NCBI RefSeq assembly: GCF_963921235.1
Contig: NC_086097.1
Coordinates: forward strand, 177,012,001-177,076,000
Direction of reading: 5' to 3'
Origin: Mobula hypostoma
Lineage: Eukaryota
DNA: 64,000 nt
The translations under genes and the position numbers were made by a program. The notes beneath the pieces were generated by a model. The model made no database searches. It saw nothing but the letters and a program-made list of their open reading frames with translations, and had not been told where the DNA came from. Position 1 is the first letter of the stretch. Every line of letters begins with the position of its first letter. Below, one piece after another: positions 23,589-36,651 of the stretch.

Positions 23589-24082
23589 AACACCAGGAAA
23601 TCTGCAGATGCTGGAAATTCAAGCAACACACACAAGATGCTGGTAGAATGCAGCAGGCCAAGCAGCATCTATAGGAAGAGGTACAGTTGACGTTTCAGGC
23701 CGAGACCCTTCATCAGGACTAACTGAAAGGAGAGATAGTAAGAGATTTGAAAATGGGAGGGGGAGGGGGAGATCCAAAATGATAAGAGAAGATAGGAGGG
23801 GGAGGGATGAAGCTAAGAGCTGGAAAGTTGATTGGCAAAAGGGATATAAAGCTGGAGAAGGGAGAGGATCATGGGATGGGAGGCCTAGGGAGAAAGAAAG
23901 GGGGAGGGGAGCCCAGAGGAAGATGGAGAGCAGGCAAGGAGTGATTGTGAGAAGGACAGATCTCCTACTATCTCTTCTTTCAGTTAGTCCTGATGAAGGG
24001 TCTCGGCCCAAAACGTCGACTGTACTTCTTCCTATAGATGCTGCCTGGCCTGCTGCGTTCCACCAGCATTTTGTGTGTGTTG
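23589..24082. mobile_element. Inverted-repeat Penelope-derived element with a hammerhead motif on each strand
   Basis: 14-bp TSD CTCTGACATCCCCA (23575-23588, 24083-24096); arms ~23623-23745 / ~23960-24083; minus-strand motif 23684-23725, plus-strand motif 23981-24022; purine-rich spacer. Confidence 0.85.
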
Positions 24083-26416
24083 CTCTGACATCCCCACTAT
24101 ACTTTGCTCCAATCACCTTAAAATTATGCCATCCCCTATGAGCCATTTTCACCATTGGAAGGAAGTGCTGACTGTCCAGTCTATCTATGCTTCTTGTCCC
24201 CCTGCTCCCTGTTGGTGGTAATGTGAAGAGAGCACGTCCCAGATGGTGAGGGTCCACAGTGATGGACGCTGCCTTCTTGAGGTACTGCCTCTTGAAGTTG
24301 TCCTCAATGACCAGTTCCCTTGAATATGCAGCACTCCCCTTGAAAGTGCACAGGAATGTCAGCCAATGTGTTTTGTTTTGCTCTCTTGTCTTGGAAAGGT
24401 CAACCCACAACCTTCTTCTTTAGAAGCCCACTTGAGCTAATTGCTCTGACAGGAGCTCCTAGACATGTCAAAAAGAAGCATAGCTAGTAAGTGAAAAGAC
24501 AATTCAAACTAATTGGACAGGCAAACAAATTATCCTGATTATTGAGTGCTGTTCAAGACTTCTTTTTCCCCAACAATTTCATGCTTTTTATGAAACTTTT
24601 CATTGCAGCTTATTTAATTAACTAAATTTAAATTCCCCAGCTGGTACACAGAGTGAGTGACTGTCATTTCTGAATCATTAGACCAGACCACAAAACTTCA
24701 CACACGTTAACACCACCACTGGGCTCTCTGTCTCCCAACACATTAAGGAGTTCAGATTGCATCTCTAAATGTAAATGTGCAATTTGTTGCATTCGATATA
24801 CATAAAACCTGTCAAATCGTAGCTTGCCTTTTTATGCATATGTATTGCTTAAAGCCCAAATGATCCACGTTCTGTCAAATCTATTGAATGAATAATTCGC
24901 CAAATGTGGTAAACCAGCCGCAATCTAAATCCAATGAATACTATAGGGCTTTTGTTTCCTGATATATAACAAGCATGAAATCACTTAGCCAGCTGCAGGC
25001 TCTTGCTTCCGAATGCTTCCTGTGCAGTGATAATGTAGCCACAAATGTAATGGGCAACATGCCTAGGGAGACACTGAATTGGCTTTATACAAATTACACT
25101 GTCCTGCTGGAGAGAGAGTGAACATTATTAGTGTCATTAACTATAATCACCCTCAATTATAAATCTGTAAGAAGTACACAGCGAGCCAATAAAAGTAGGC
25201 ATTGTTTACTTATTTTGCCTGTAATTTATCAAGATCTACCATCTATTCCACCAGTTGAAGCTCACTCATCTGCCCAAACCCATTATAGATTTTAACAAGT
25301 TCAGTCAATGCACAAAATGGCTTTTCTTGTGAGGTAAGAGTGCCTTGCAGTGTCGGAGCATAATCTCCACCAACAGATGAAGAATTTATCTCTTAGCATT
25401 CAATTTGCATTTAGTCTCGCATCCGTGCTGCTGGCAGGTTTGTGGATTAGGTGTCTACCTTTGGAACTGGTTTGTGTTTTTTAAGTGTTCTGAACAAATC
25501 TGTGCAGAGGTGATACCGTCTTCTGAAAAAACTCCTGAAGCAGAACTAACCCGTGCAGTGGTGAGCGGGGGCAGTAGTGGGACGACGGCCGGGACAGCAG
25601 TCAAGTCTGCTAAAGGTCACTACTGTGTCTACAAATTCCAGTGCCAGCTACTGCTCTGACGTTCAGTTAATCTTCTCAGACATCAAGAAGAACAGCACAC
25701 CGAGTCTGGTGCTGCATCACAGAATAAGGCCATTCAGTCCATCTGTTCTACCTCCTTGCTGAACAATAACATCAGATTCGTTCAAAGAAAGAACCATAGA
25801 ATGGAATCTCATATTTATTTTTACTTGTGTTATTTTTGTTACCATTAAGTTCATGTTAATTTATGTTTGTAATGTACTGTTGTGCTGCTGCAAAAAAACT
25901 AACTTTCACAGCATTTATATCTCTGGGTATGTATTCCCATGACAAAACTGCTGACAATCATGATGGGGCAATTGGGCCAGCAAGAGTGGTGGAGGAAGCA
26001 GATAAAATAGTGGCATTTAAGAGGCTGTTAGATAGACACACGTCTATGCAGGGAATGAAGTGATATGGGTCTGAAATAATTTTTTAAAAATAAGTAGCTC
26101 TGGTGGTTGATGGTTGGGTTGGGTTCTTCTCCGATCTGGGCAATATGGGTAATGTGCAGGCAGCAGAGATTTAGCTTAATTTGCATCCTATTCGGGCTAA
26201 AGGACCTGTTCCTGTGCTGTTCCAGGCTCTATGTCCTAAGATGAAAACCTTTGGACCAAATAGCGGAGTCGATAAGACTCACAGGTCTGTAAGTATAACT
26301 CCACATTTGGAAGCAGCATGGGCAGGATGAGGAACGGATGATCCATCAAGACCCACCAAGTATGAACATAAGAATGCAATATGCTAAGCAGGAGTTCCTT
26401 AAGGTTGTCCTTAAGC

Positions 26417-26950
26417 GGGGGTGGGGGTTGGCAGTGGGGATAAGCTCTACCTGTTAAATGCTTCCAAAGGTACGTATCTCAAATAGCCTCTGACAACCAA
26501 TTTCAGCTCCTGGCCTTCACATGTAGCTTGGCTAGTAAGCCCAGTGGAACTGTTTCTACTGATAGGAGAAGAGGCAAAGGTGGATTACTGGCGCCCTAAG
26601 ATCAGTCACTTTAGACAGCTGAGGCTTGTCAGCTGTGATTGGCAGCTTATTCATGAGAAGAAAAGCTCTGATCTCAAACCTTCACTGCCTTGCAGCTATA
26701 CCCCCTCATAGAGAAGACTCTGGGAAAATTGCAGAGCATGAGTCCCCTTGGCAGTTCCGCATTGAGCTCAATACTGACTGGCCGCTGGTGCCAAAATGTA
26801 TCAGTCTCTGTTGTTCCTTTGGATTCATCAGCTGCATGGAGAGGGGGAACCTGCTACATGGGCATCAGTTTGTTCTCCGTATCACACAGCCCTCACGTGT
26901 ATGTCACGTACGCAGATGGGATGCAACATCCCCGGTGAACCTCGAGGAGA
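26417..26950 (+). mobile_element. Probable RTE-type 5'-UTR-derived non-autonomous repeat
   Basis: Non-coding, structured segment unlike the CR1/Rex1 copies; contains an HDV-like motif order (see findings). Family assignment is recognition-based inference. Confidence 0.4.
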
Positions 26951-27057
26951 AGCCTTAAGGAAGAGAAGGCCATTCAGCTCGTCACACCTCTTCCACTATT
27001 TCATAACATCATGATCATCTTATCTCAGTTCCATTCTCCTTCACTACCTTCATATGG

Positions 27058-27736
27058 TGCAGGTACAGCAGGCGGTGAAAAAGGCGAACGGTATGCTGGC
27101 ATTTATAGCGAGAGGATTCGAGTACAGGAGCAGGGAGGTACTACTGCAGTTGTACAAGGCCTTGGTGAGACCACACCTGGAGTATTGTGTGCAGTTTTGG
27201 TCCCCTAATCTGAGGAAAGACATCTTTGCCATAGAGGGAGTACAAAGAAGGTTCACCAGATTGATTCCTGGGATGGCAGGTCTTTCATATGAAGAAAGAC
27301 TGGATGAACTGGGCTTGTACTCGTTGGAATTTAGAAGATTGAGGGGGGATCTGATTGAAACGTATAAGATCCTAAAGGGATTGGACAGGCTAGATGCGGG
27401 AAGATTGTTCCCGATGTTGGGGAGGTCTAGAACGAGGGGTCACAGTTTGAGGATAGAGGGGAAGCCTTTTAGGACCGAGGTTAGGAAAAACTTCTTCACA
27501 CAGAGAGTGGTGAATCTGTGGAATTCTCTGCCACAGCAAACTGTTGAGGCCAGTTCATTAGCTATGTTTAAAAGGAAGTTAGATATGGCCCTTGTGGCTA
27601 CAGGGGTCAGGGGGTATGGAGGGAAGGCTGGGTTCTGAGTTGGATGATCAGCCATGATCATAATAAATGGCGGTGCAGGCTCGAAGGGCCGAATGGCCTA
27701 CTCCTGCACCTATTTTCTATGTTTCTATGTTTCTAT
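27058..27736 (+). mobile_element. Young CR1 3' fragment, near-identical to 18003-18681
   Basis: By eye only two substitutions relative to the 15728-18685 copy (tccagaac/tctagaac; gagatt/gaggtt); (CTATGTTT)n tail. Confidence 0.95.
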
Positions 27737-27852
27737 ATCACTTTATTCCCAAAATAAGTAAACTGTATTGATCACATTTTTTCTGTACTCAATGGCTACT
27801 TAATTAAACATTTAAAAGAAATTTGGGCAGGTACATGGATAGGAAAAGTTCA

Positions 27853-28030
27853 AAGGGAGCAGCAAACAATCTGCTGGAGGAACTCAGTGGGTTGAGTAAC
27901 ATCAGAGGGGGAAAGGATCTGTCAAGGTTTCAGGTTGAAACCCTTCATCTGGACTGCTCAGCCCAATGGGTTCCTCCAGCAGATTGTGTGTTGCTCCACA
28001 TTCCAGCATCTTCTGTCTTGTGCCTCCCTG
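27853..28030. mobile_element. Old palindromic Penelope-derived element
   Basis: Arms 'ctgctggaggaactcagtgggttgag' / 'ctcagcccaatgggttcctccagcag'; decayed minus-strand motif 'tttcaggttgaaacccttcatctggact'. Confidence 0.6.
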
Positions 28031-31000
28031 AGGTTTAGAGGGATACGGGCCAACTGAAGCAAAGTGGGACTAGTTTAGTTAGGCGAATTGCTTGGCATGC
28101 ACAGAGTGGGCTGAAAAGCCAGATTCCATACTGTATGGCTCTATAGCTCTGTAACTTCACTCAGGAGCTCAGCCTCCACAGTCCTCTGAGGGTAGAGAAA
28201 TCTAGCGATTCATCACAATCCATGCAAAGAAGTTTCGTATCATCTCTCTTGAACCTCTGCTCCCTTATCTTGAGATTGCCAAATACAGTGCCAGGGAGAA
28301 TGTCATTCCTCTGTCAAGCTCCTCAAGGGATTTTGTGTGAATTCATCTCTTAATTTTCTAAACCCCAGCGAGAGAAGGTCCTAATCTTCTCACAGGACAA
28401 ACCCATCATCCCACAACAAAATATCTGAACTCTGTTCACGCATTTGCAAACTTCCGTAGATAGGGAGAACTGAAATGTGGACAATGTTCTGAGCGTAGTC
28501 TCTCCATGGCCCCTACGTGAACTGAGAAAGGATCTTTACTCCTGAACTCAAATTCTCTTACATCACATTCAATATATAGCTTGCTGTACAAATTGGACTC
28601 ATTCCATTGTAGATTTTTTGAATAAAACATGTGTGAGTTGTTCTATGTGCTTAACAAAAGCTGCAGCCCTTTACTTCCATTATGAACAAAACAAAAGCAG
28701 TCACCTTACACTGATGTCATTACGTCAGACACCTCTTAAAGTGAACACAACAATTCAGTAACAGTGTTTGTGAATTACGTAGTGCAGTTTCTATTATGTA
28801 CAATATGAGTCATCTGTCACCCATTACATTACCCTATGCAGGCCCCTCCAGAATTCACCATAACCAGCATTGTGAGTCCATCTGGAGCTCATAGGAGTCA
28901 TCGAGCTCAAGTCCTATGTGATTTGGGTGGAGTAAGAGCAGGCAGTCGTGGCATCAAGAATAAAATCGCCCAGCACCCATAGCAACTGCCCATACACCAA
29001 CTCAACTGCAGAGGGCTGCAGATCCCCCTTTGGAGCCATTCTAAGCCCCAGCAGGACCCACAGGATAATTCCAACATATCTCCATCAGGGAGGCTCTCAG
29101 AGCCACCTATAATGAATGGTAAAACCACTTACATGGGCCATTGGTGTGTGGGTGATTAACCACCATGTGGTGCAATTTAATATCGAGGGTCTGGACCACT
29201 GCAGCCCAGAAGTCAGATGTAAATTGGGGACTGCAGTTGGAAGAAATATCAGATGCAGTGTTGAGCCCAAGTGACCCAGGTGTTGATGAATGCCAGAGTC
29301 GCATCTGCAGTCATCATCAGTGCTCAACCTGGTGACATGGTCCACATTGGGAAGGAGATGTGTGAAATTGTGGGGTGGGGGCGGGTGGCAAGAGGACCAA
29401 CTAGGTCCACATTGACATGGTCAAACCATCACTCAGGAACCTCAAAAGGCGCTTTTGTTTCCTTAACGTAACAGTTAATTCCCGCTGATACACAACACAG
29501 GCTGCACTCCAATCTCGCAAGTCCTTCCTAAGGCTGTGTCACACAAACTTTAAAGGCACCAATTTCTGTGAAGCCTTTCCACCTGGATGTGAGAGGCGAT
29601 GAATGGAAGTGAAAACAGTACTCCTCCAGTTTGCAGGCACCATGGTATGAGAGCAACTGGTTGAAACTTCGCACAGAAGAGAAACCTCTGTGTTCCCGAA
29701 CTTGACATCAGCCAACCATAGACTGTTGTCCTTTAAGCCTGGACCTCTAGATCGGTAGCTCGGTTGGCTGGCATAGACAACCCAGATATGTATGGCATCA
29801 GCAGCAGCTGTGAGAGACGAGCAGCTACAGCGTTATTTTTCCCTTCAAGGTGCTGCATGTCAGACATGAACTCCGGGTGGTGTTACAACCCTGCAGACCA
29901 GGATCTAACGCTTTGGTCATTGCGTGTACGAGGGGTTTCTGGTCAACAAAAGCTGTGAAATGCCGAACATCCAGCGGAAGACAAAAGTGGTAGGTGACCA
30001 GATAGAGACCGGGAAGCTCGCGGTCAAACATGCTTTACTTCCTCTCAGGTGGTGGGGTGGGACAGCAGGCTGAAGAAGGCAAGCAGCTGCCACATGCCTC
30101 CAACTAACTGTTCATGCACAGCACAAACAGCATAGTCTGAGATGTCTATAGTGATGGCTATAGGTGTGTTGAGGAGCAGGTGCGCTAGTAGGGTTGCATT
30201 TGAAAGAGTTCGTTCAGTGTTGTCAAATGCTCTGATCATGTCTGCTTACCACTCAAGCATGTGATTAGGGGCATTGCCTTTAAAGGCATTATACAAGGGC
30301 AGCATAAGTTTAGCAGCTGGTGGAATGAAACGGTGATAGAAATTCATCATGCCTAAAAGCTGTTACCGTGCTTTGGTAGTGCAGGGCAGTGAATGTCCAT
30401 AACAGCAACAACTTTTAGTGGCAAAGGTGTTGCACCTTTTGCAGAGATGTGGTGGTCGAGAAAGTGAATAGTAGACAAACTGAGCTGCATTTATAGGTGC
30501 TAATAATCAGCCCACATTGGCTTAAGTGATTGAAAAGTGTGCAGAAATGTGAGTCTTTTAACACAATCGATTAGTCACTGGCAACCTGCCTCATGTTTCA
30601 GCTGAAACTCAAATAGGCCAAATGGGGTTATAACAGCAGTTTTGGGAACATCCTCAGCAAAGACAGGCACCTGATGGTAGCCCCTGACTAAGTCCACTTT
30701 AGAAAAAATTATTTTTCTGGCTAAATGTGCCAGAAGTCTTGAATATGTGGGACTGGGTAACAATCGAGGGTGCTGGCCTCGTTAAAGCAGCGGTAATTGC
30801 CACTTGGATGGCAACCACCATTGGGTTTAGGGGCCATGTGGACAGGTGAAGCCCAAGAGCTGTTCGATCTACATACAGTGCCAAACATTTCCAGGTTAGC
30901 AAACTCGGCCTTCACGTTGGCCAGCTCAGTATATGTGCACAGGTATGGACTGCCGAGCCAGTTGTGGAAGTATGGAGCTTGGCCCCGTGCATTGTAACTG

Positions 31001-32075
31001 TAGTGGAAAATGTGGGCTTGGTGAGCTTTGGGAATTCGCCCAGCAGGCGAGTGAATTCACATGGTGGTACATGCACTACACGGAGTGTTTCTGCAGCACT
31101 TACTGGGGTTACAGGTAACAAACCAAAGTCCTTTATGTCCACAAGCCTGCAGTTCTTAAGAGCTACAAAAGTCCTTTGGCACACAAATATGCATTGACCA
31201 GAGGTCTAGCAACTTTAGCCAAGACAAAGTCCTATGTGCAGCATCGTCCACTGAAGTGGAGCATCACACGTCATGTCCCGTAAGTCCAGATCTTGCTGCC
31301 ATTGGCAGCCCCCAGTGAAGGTCTGTCGCTCACTACCTTATAATCCATGGGTGATGCTGGCAGCACATTCACTTGAGCATTTGTATCACACAGGAAGTGT
31401 TGCCGTGAAAGGGTGTTCATAATGAACAATAGATGACCCGGATGCTGGAACCTCAGTGTTCACAAATCTCCGATGTCCCAATGAGCTGGCGCTGTCGAAG
31501 TTGCATGATGGTAGATCCTTTTAGGCGTTCGTGCCAAAGCATGAGTGGTAAAAACAAAGACCTGATGTTGACAGGTTCAGAGCCACAGCTGTGAGTCCAC
31601 TAGAGGCTCTGCTATCAGGGCTTATTGAGACAGGGAAAGGAGGAGGAACAATTCACTTCTGCCTGGCTAAATGTAGACTATCAGCCATTTTAACAAGCCT
31701 CTTATGGTCCTTCACGGGCGTGTTAGCAAGGGCTGTGATAACTCCAACAGGTATCTGTTACGTAAAGAGTTATTTATAAATGCAACAAGGATGGTGATTG
31801 CCCAGCAGAGATAGCATGTGGTCCATTGTTCTGAAGGCCTAGCATCACCACGGCTGTGCAAGGAGAGCAACTGTCTGCTGCACTCAGATTTACACAGTCC
31901 AAAAGTCTGTAAGAGGTCAGTTTTCAGAGTGATGTATTTATCACAGGCAGGCTAAGACCAGAAGGTCTTCTAGTCAACTCTCCACACTGGCTGCAGTGGA
32001 ACTACTTAGAGATCCTATGACATAGTAAAATTTGGTATAGCCTGCCGTGATTTCATACAGCATGAATTGGGCTTC

Positions 32076-32700
32076 CACCTACGAATTGACAATAAACTGA
32101 ACTGGTCTAAGAACACTGAGGCTGTCTACAAGAAGGGCCAGAGCCGTCTCTATTTTCTGAGGAAACTGAGGTCCTTTAACATCTGCCGGACGATGCTGAG
32201 GATGTTCTACGAGTCTGTGGTGGCCAGTGCTATCATGTTTGCTGTTGTGTGCTGGGACAGCAGGCTGAGGATAGCAGACACCAACAGAATCAACAAACTC
32301 ATTCGTAAGGCCAGTGATGTTGTGGGGATAGAACTGGACTCTCTCACAGTGGTGTCTGAAAAGAGGATGCTGTCTAATTTGCATGCCATCTTGGTCAATG
32401 TCTCCCATACTGGGTGGGCACAGGAGTACATTCAGCCAGAGACTCATCCCACCGAGATGCAGCACGGAGCGTCATAGGAAGTCATTCCAGCCTGTGGCCA
32501 TCAAACTTTACAACTCCTCCCTTGGAGGGTCAGACACCCTGAGCCGATAGGCTGGTCCTGGACTTATTTCATAATTTACTGGCATAATTTACATATTACT
32601 ATTTAACTATTTACATTTCTATTACTATTTATTATTTATGGAGCAACTAACGAAAACCAATTTCCCCCGGGATTAATAAAATGTGACTATGACTATGACT
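32076..32700 (+). mobile_element. Rex1/Babar-like LINE 3' fragment inside the Gypsy gag region
   Basis: DNKLNWSKNTEAVYKKGQSRLYFLRKLRSFNIC..MFYESVVASA; AATAAA then (GACTAT)n tail. Confidence 0.8.
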
Positions 32701-32775
32701 AAAACTAAAACCACACAGAAGCGTTCTGTCCCTAAAACTCCAGCAGCTTCAAAGTAACTGTGTTGGTTGACGTGT

Positions 32776-35115
32776 CATAGAAACATAGAAACATAGAAAA
32801 CCCATAGCACAATACAGGCCCTTCAGCCCTCAAAGCTGTGCCGAACATGTCCTTACCTGAGAAATTGCCTAGGGTTACCCATCGCCCTCTATCTTTCTGA
32901 GCTCCATGTACCACTCCAGGAGTCTCTGAAAAGACCCTATCGTATCCACCTCCACCACCATCACTGGCAGCCCATTCCACGCACTCACCACTCTCTGCGT
33001 AAAAAAACTTACCCCTGACATCTTCTCTGTACCTACTTCCAAGCACCTTAAAATTGTGCCCTCTCGTGCTAGCCATTCCAGCCCTTGGAAAAAGCCTCTG
33101 ACTATCCGCACAACCAATTCTTCTCATCATCTTATACTCCTCTATCAGGTCACCTCTCAACCCCCGTTGTTCCAAGGAAAAAAGGCTAAGTTCACTCAAT
33201 CTATTCTCATAAGGCATGCTCCCCAGTCCAGGCAACATCCTTGTAAATCTGCTCTGTACACTTTCTATGGTTTCCACATCTTTCCTATAGTGAGGTGACC
33301 AGAACTGAGCACAGTACTCCAAGTGGGGTCTGACCAAGGTCCTATATAGCTGCAACATTACCTTTCAGCTCCTAAACTCAATCCCACGATTAATGAAGGA
33401 CAATGCACCATATGCTTTTGTAACCACAGAGTCAACCTGCACAGCAGCTTTGAGTGTCCAATGGACTCGGACCCCAAGATCCCTCTGATCCTCCACACCG
33501 CCAAGAGTCTTACCATTAATAGCTATATTCTGCCATCATATTTGGCCTACCAAAATGAACCACTTCACACTTATCTGGGTTGATCTCCATCTGCCACTTC
33601 TCAGCCCAGTTTTGTACCCTATCAATGTCCCACCGTAACCTCTGACAGCCCTCCACACTATCCAAAACACCTACAACCTTTGTGTCATCAACAAATTTAC
33701 TAACCCATCCCTCCACTTCTTCATCCAGGTCATTTACAAATATCACAAAGAGCAAGCGTCCCAGAACAGATCCCTGAGGCACACCACTGGTCACCAACTT
33801 CCATGCAGGATATGATCTGTCTACAACCACACTTTGCCTTCTGTGGGCAAGCCAGTTCTGGATCCGCAAAGCAATGTCCTCTTGAATCCCATGCCTCCTT
33901 ACTTTCTCAATAAACCTTGCATGGTGTGCCTTGCTGAAATCCATATACACCACATCTACTGCCCTACCTTCATCAATGTATTTGGTCACATCTTCAAAAA
34001 ATTCAGTCAGGCTTGTAAGGCGAGACCTGCCTTTCACAAAGCCATGCTGACTATTCTTAATCATATTATGTCTCTTTCCAAATGTTCATAAATCCTGCCT
34101 GTCAGGATCTTCTCTATCAACTTACCAACCACGGAAGTAAGACTCACTGGTCTATAATTTCCTGGGCTATCTCTACTCCCTTTCTTGAATAAAGGAACAA
34201 CATCCACAACCCTCCAATCCTCCGGAACCAGTCCCGTCCTCATTGATGATGCAAAGATCATCACCAGAGGCTCAGCAATCTCCTCCCTCACTTCCCACAG
34301 TATCCTGGGGTGCATCCCGTCTGGTCCTGGAGACTTATCCAACTTGATGCTTTCCAAATCTCCAATACATGCTCTTTCTTAATATCTACATGCTCAGGCT
34401 TTTCAGTCTGCTGTAAGTCATCCCTACAATCATCAATATCCTTTTCCGTAGTGAATACTGAAGCAAAGTACTCATTAAGTACCTTTGTTATCTCCTCCAG
34501 TTTCATACACAATTTCCAACTGTCACACTTGATTGGTCCTATTCTCTCATGTCTTATCCTCTTGCTCTTCACATACTTGTAGAATGCCTTGGGGTTTTCC
34601 TTAATCCTGTCTACCAAGGCCTTCTCATGGCCCCTTCTGGCTCTCCTAATTTCTTTCTTAAGCTCCTTCCTGCTAGCCTTATAATCTTCTAGATCTCTAA
34701 CACTTCCTAGTTTTCTGAAACTTTCGTAAGCTCTTCTTTTCTTCGTGACTAGATTTTCAACGGCCTTTGTGCACCATGGTTCCTGCACCCTACCATCCTT
34801 TCCCTGTTTCATTGGAACGTACCTATGCAAAACTCCACACAAATATCCCTTGAACGTTTGCCACATTTCTTCCATACATTTCTGTGAGAACATCTGTTCC
34901 CTATTTATGCTTCCAAGTTCTTGCCTGATAGCCTCATATTTCCCCTTACGCTAATTAACTGCTTTCCTAACTTGTCTGTTCCTATCCATCCCCAATGCTA
35001 TGGTAAAGGAGATAGAATTGTGATCACTATCTCTGAAATGCTCTCCCACTGAGAGACCTAACACCTGACTAGGTTCATTTCCCAACAACAGATCAAGTAC
35101 AGCCTCACCTCTTTT
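32776..35115 (-). mobile_element. CR1 LINE (5'-truncated, frameshifted) inside the Gypsy element
   Basis: ORF pieces 34288-34893, 34061-34357, 33516-34064, 32732-33358 (DKSPGPDG, GVPQGSVLG, FVDD); tail catagaaacatagaaac on +. Confidence 0.9.
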
Positions 35116-36651
35116 AGGATGCCATTGAGTAACTCTGAAATTGTCTGAGAGCATCGGGGTCACCAATGTAAGAATTTGTGAATAAAACATGCAAGAGTTA
35201 TCTTATGTGCTTAAAAGCCACAGACCTTTACTTCCATTATGAACAAAACAAAAGCAGTCACCTTATGCTGACATCGTTATATCAGGCACTGTGTCTTAAA
35301 GTAAACATAGCAACTCAATGATGGTATTTGTAAATTACGTAGAACAGTTTCTATTATGAACAATATATGTCATCTGTCACCCATTACATTACCCTATACC
35401 ACGGCATGAAATGTCTTGGACATTTTCATTACCAACTATTGTGAAGGAGTTTAGAGCCCACGGAAGGTGGACAATAACTTGATACCTTCAAAAGTTCTTT
35501 CACTGAGGAAGAAACAAAGAAAAAGAATATGAATCAGGTTGATTATCAGTGAAACATGTCGTGATGTTTGTTCTTTTGTGGCAGCAGTACAGTGCAAAGA
35601 CATAGAAGTAATTATAAGTTACAATAAACAAATCAATAGTGCAAAAGAGGTATAGTGAGGTAGTGTTCATGGGCTCATAGACCATTCAGTAATCTGGTGG
35701 CAGAGGGAAAGAATGGGGATCTTCGGGCTCGTCCAGTACCATAAAACCACATAGAGAAGCAGAATTAGGCCATTTGGCCCATCAAGTCTACTCTGTCATT
35801 TCATCAAGGCTGATCCATTTTCCTCTCAGCCCCAATCTCCTGCCTTCTCCCTGTAATGCTCTGACCAACCAAGAACCTATCAACCTCTGCCTTAAATATA
35901 CCAAAAGACTTGACCTCCAGAGCCGCCTGTGGCAAAAGGTTCCACAGATTCACCACTCTCTGGCTAAAGAAATTCCTCCTCATCTCCATTCTAAATAGAT
36001 CTCCCTCTATCCTGAGGCTGTGTCCTCTGGTCTTAGACTGCTACACCACTGGAAACATCCTCTCCACATCCACTCTATCAAGGCCTTTCAACATTCAACA
36101 GGTTTCAATAAGACCTCTCTCATTCTTCTGAATTCCAGTGAATACAGGCCCAAAGCCATCAAGCACTCCTCATGTGATAAGCCTTTCAATCCTGGAATCA
36201 TCTTTATGAACCTCCTTTTAATCCTCTCCAATGTCAGCACATCCTTTTCTTAGATAAGGGGCCAAAAACTGCTCACAATACTCCAAGTGAGGCCTCAACA
36301 CTGCCTTATAAATCCTCAATATTACATCCTCACTTTTATATTCTATTGCTCTCAAAATGAATGCTAACATTGCATTTGCCTTCCTCCCCATGGACTCAAT
36401 CTGCAAATTAACCTTTAAAGAATCCTGCACGAGGACTCCCAATTCCCTTTGCACTTCAGATTTTTTAATTTTCTTTCCATTTGCAAAATAGTCTGTGCTT
36501 TTATTTCTTCTACCAAAGTGCATGACCATACACTTCCCAACACTGTATTCCATCTGCTACTTATTTGCCCATTTTCTTAATCTGTCTCAATCCTTCTGTA
36601 GTCTTTCTGCTTCCTCTACACTACCTGCCTCTCCACCAATCTTCATATTGT

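Larger units (their letters stand above)
28608..35400 (-). mobile_element. Decayed Ty3/Gypsy LTR retrotransposon with both LTRs and nested LINEs
   Basis: Direct repeats ~28608-28840 and ~35167-35400; PBS TGGTGACCCCGA (35154-35165, complementary to the tRNA-Trp 3' end); PPT-like tract next to 28841; pol remnants [54 protein letters not shown] in RT-RNaseH-integrase order. Confidence 0.85.

Noticed and set aside
23619..24410. 263-aa minus-strand ORF
   Set aside because: Crosses unique DNA, Rex1-like, CR1 and palindromic repeat segments; no coherent protein family.
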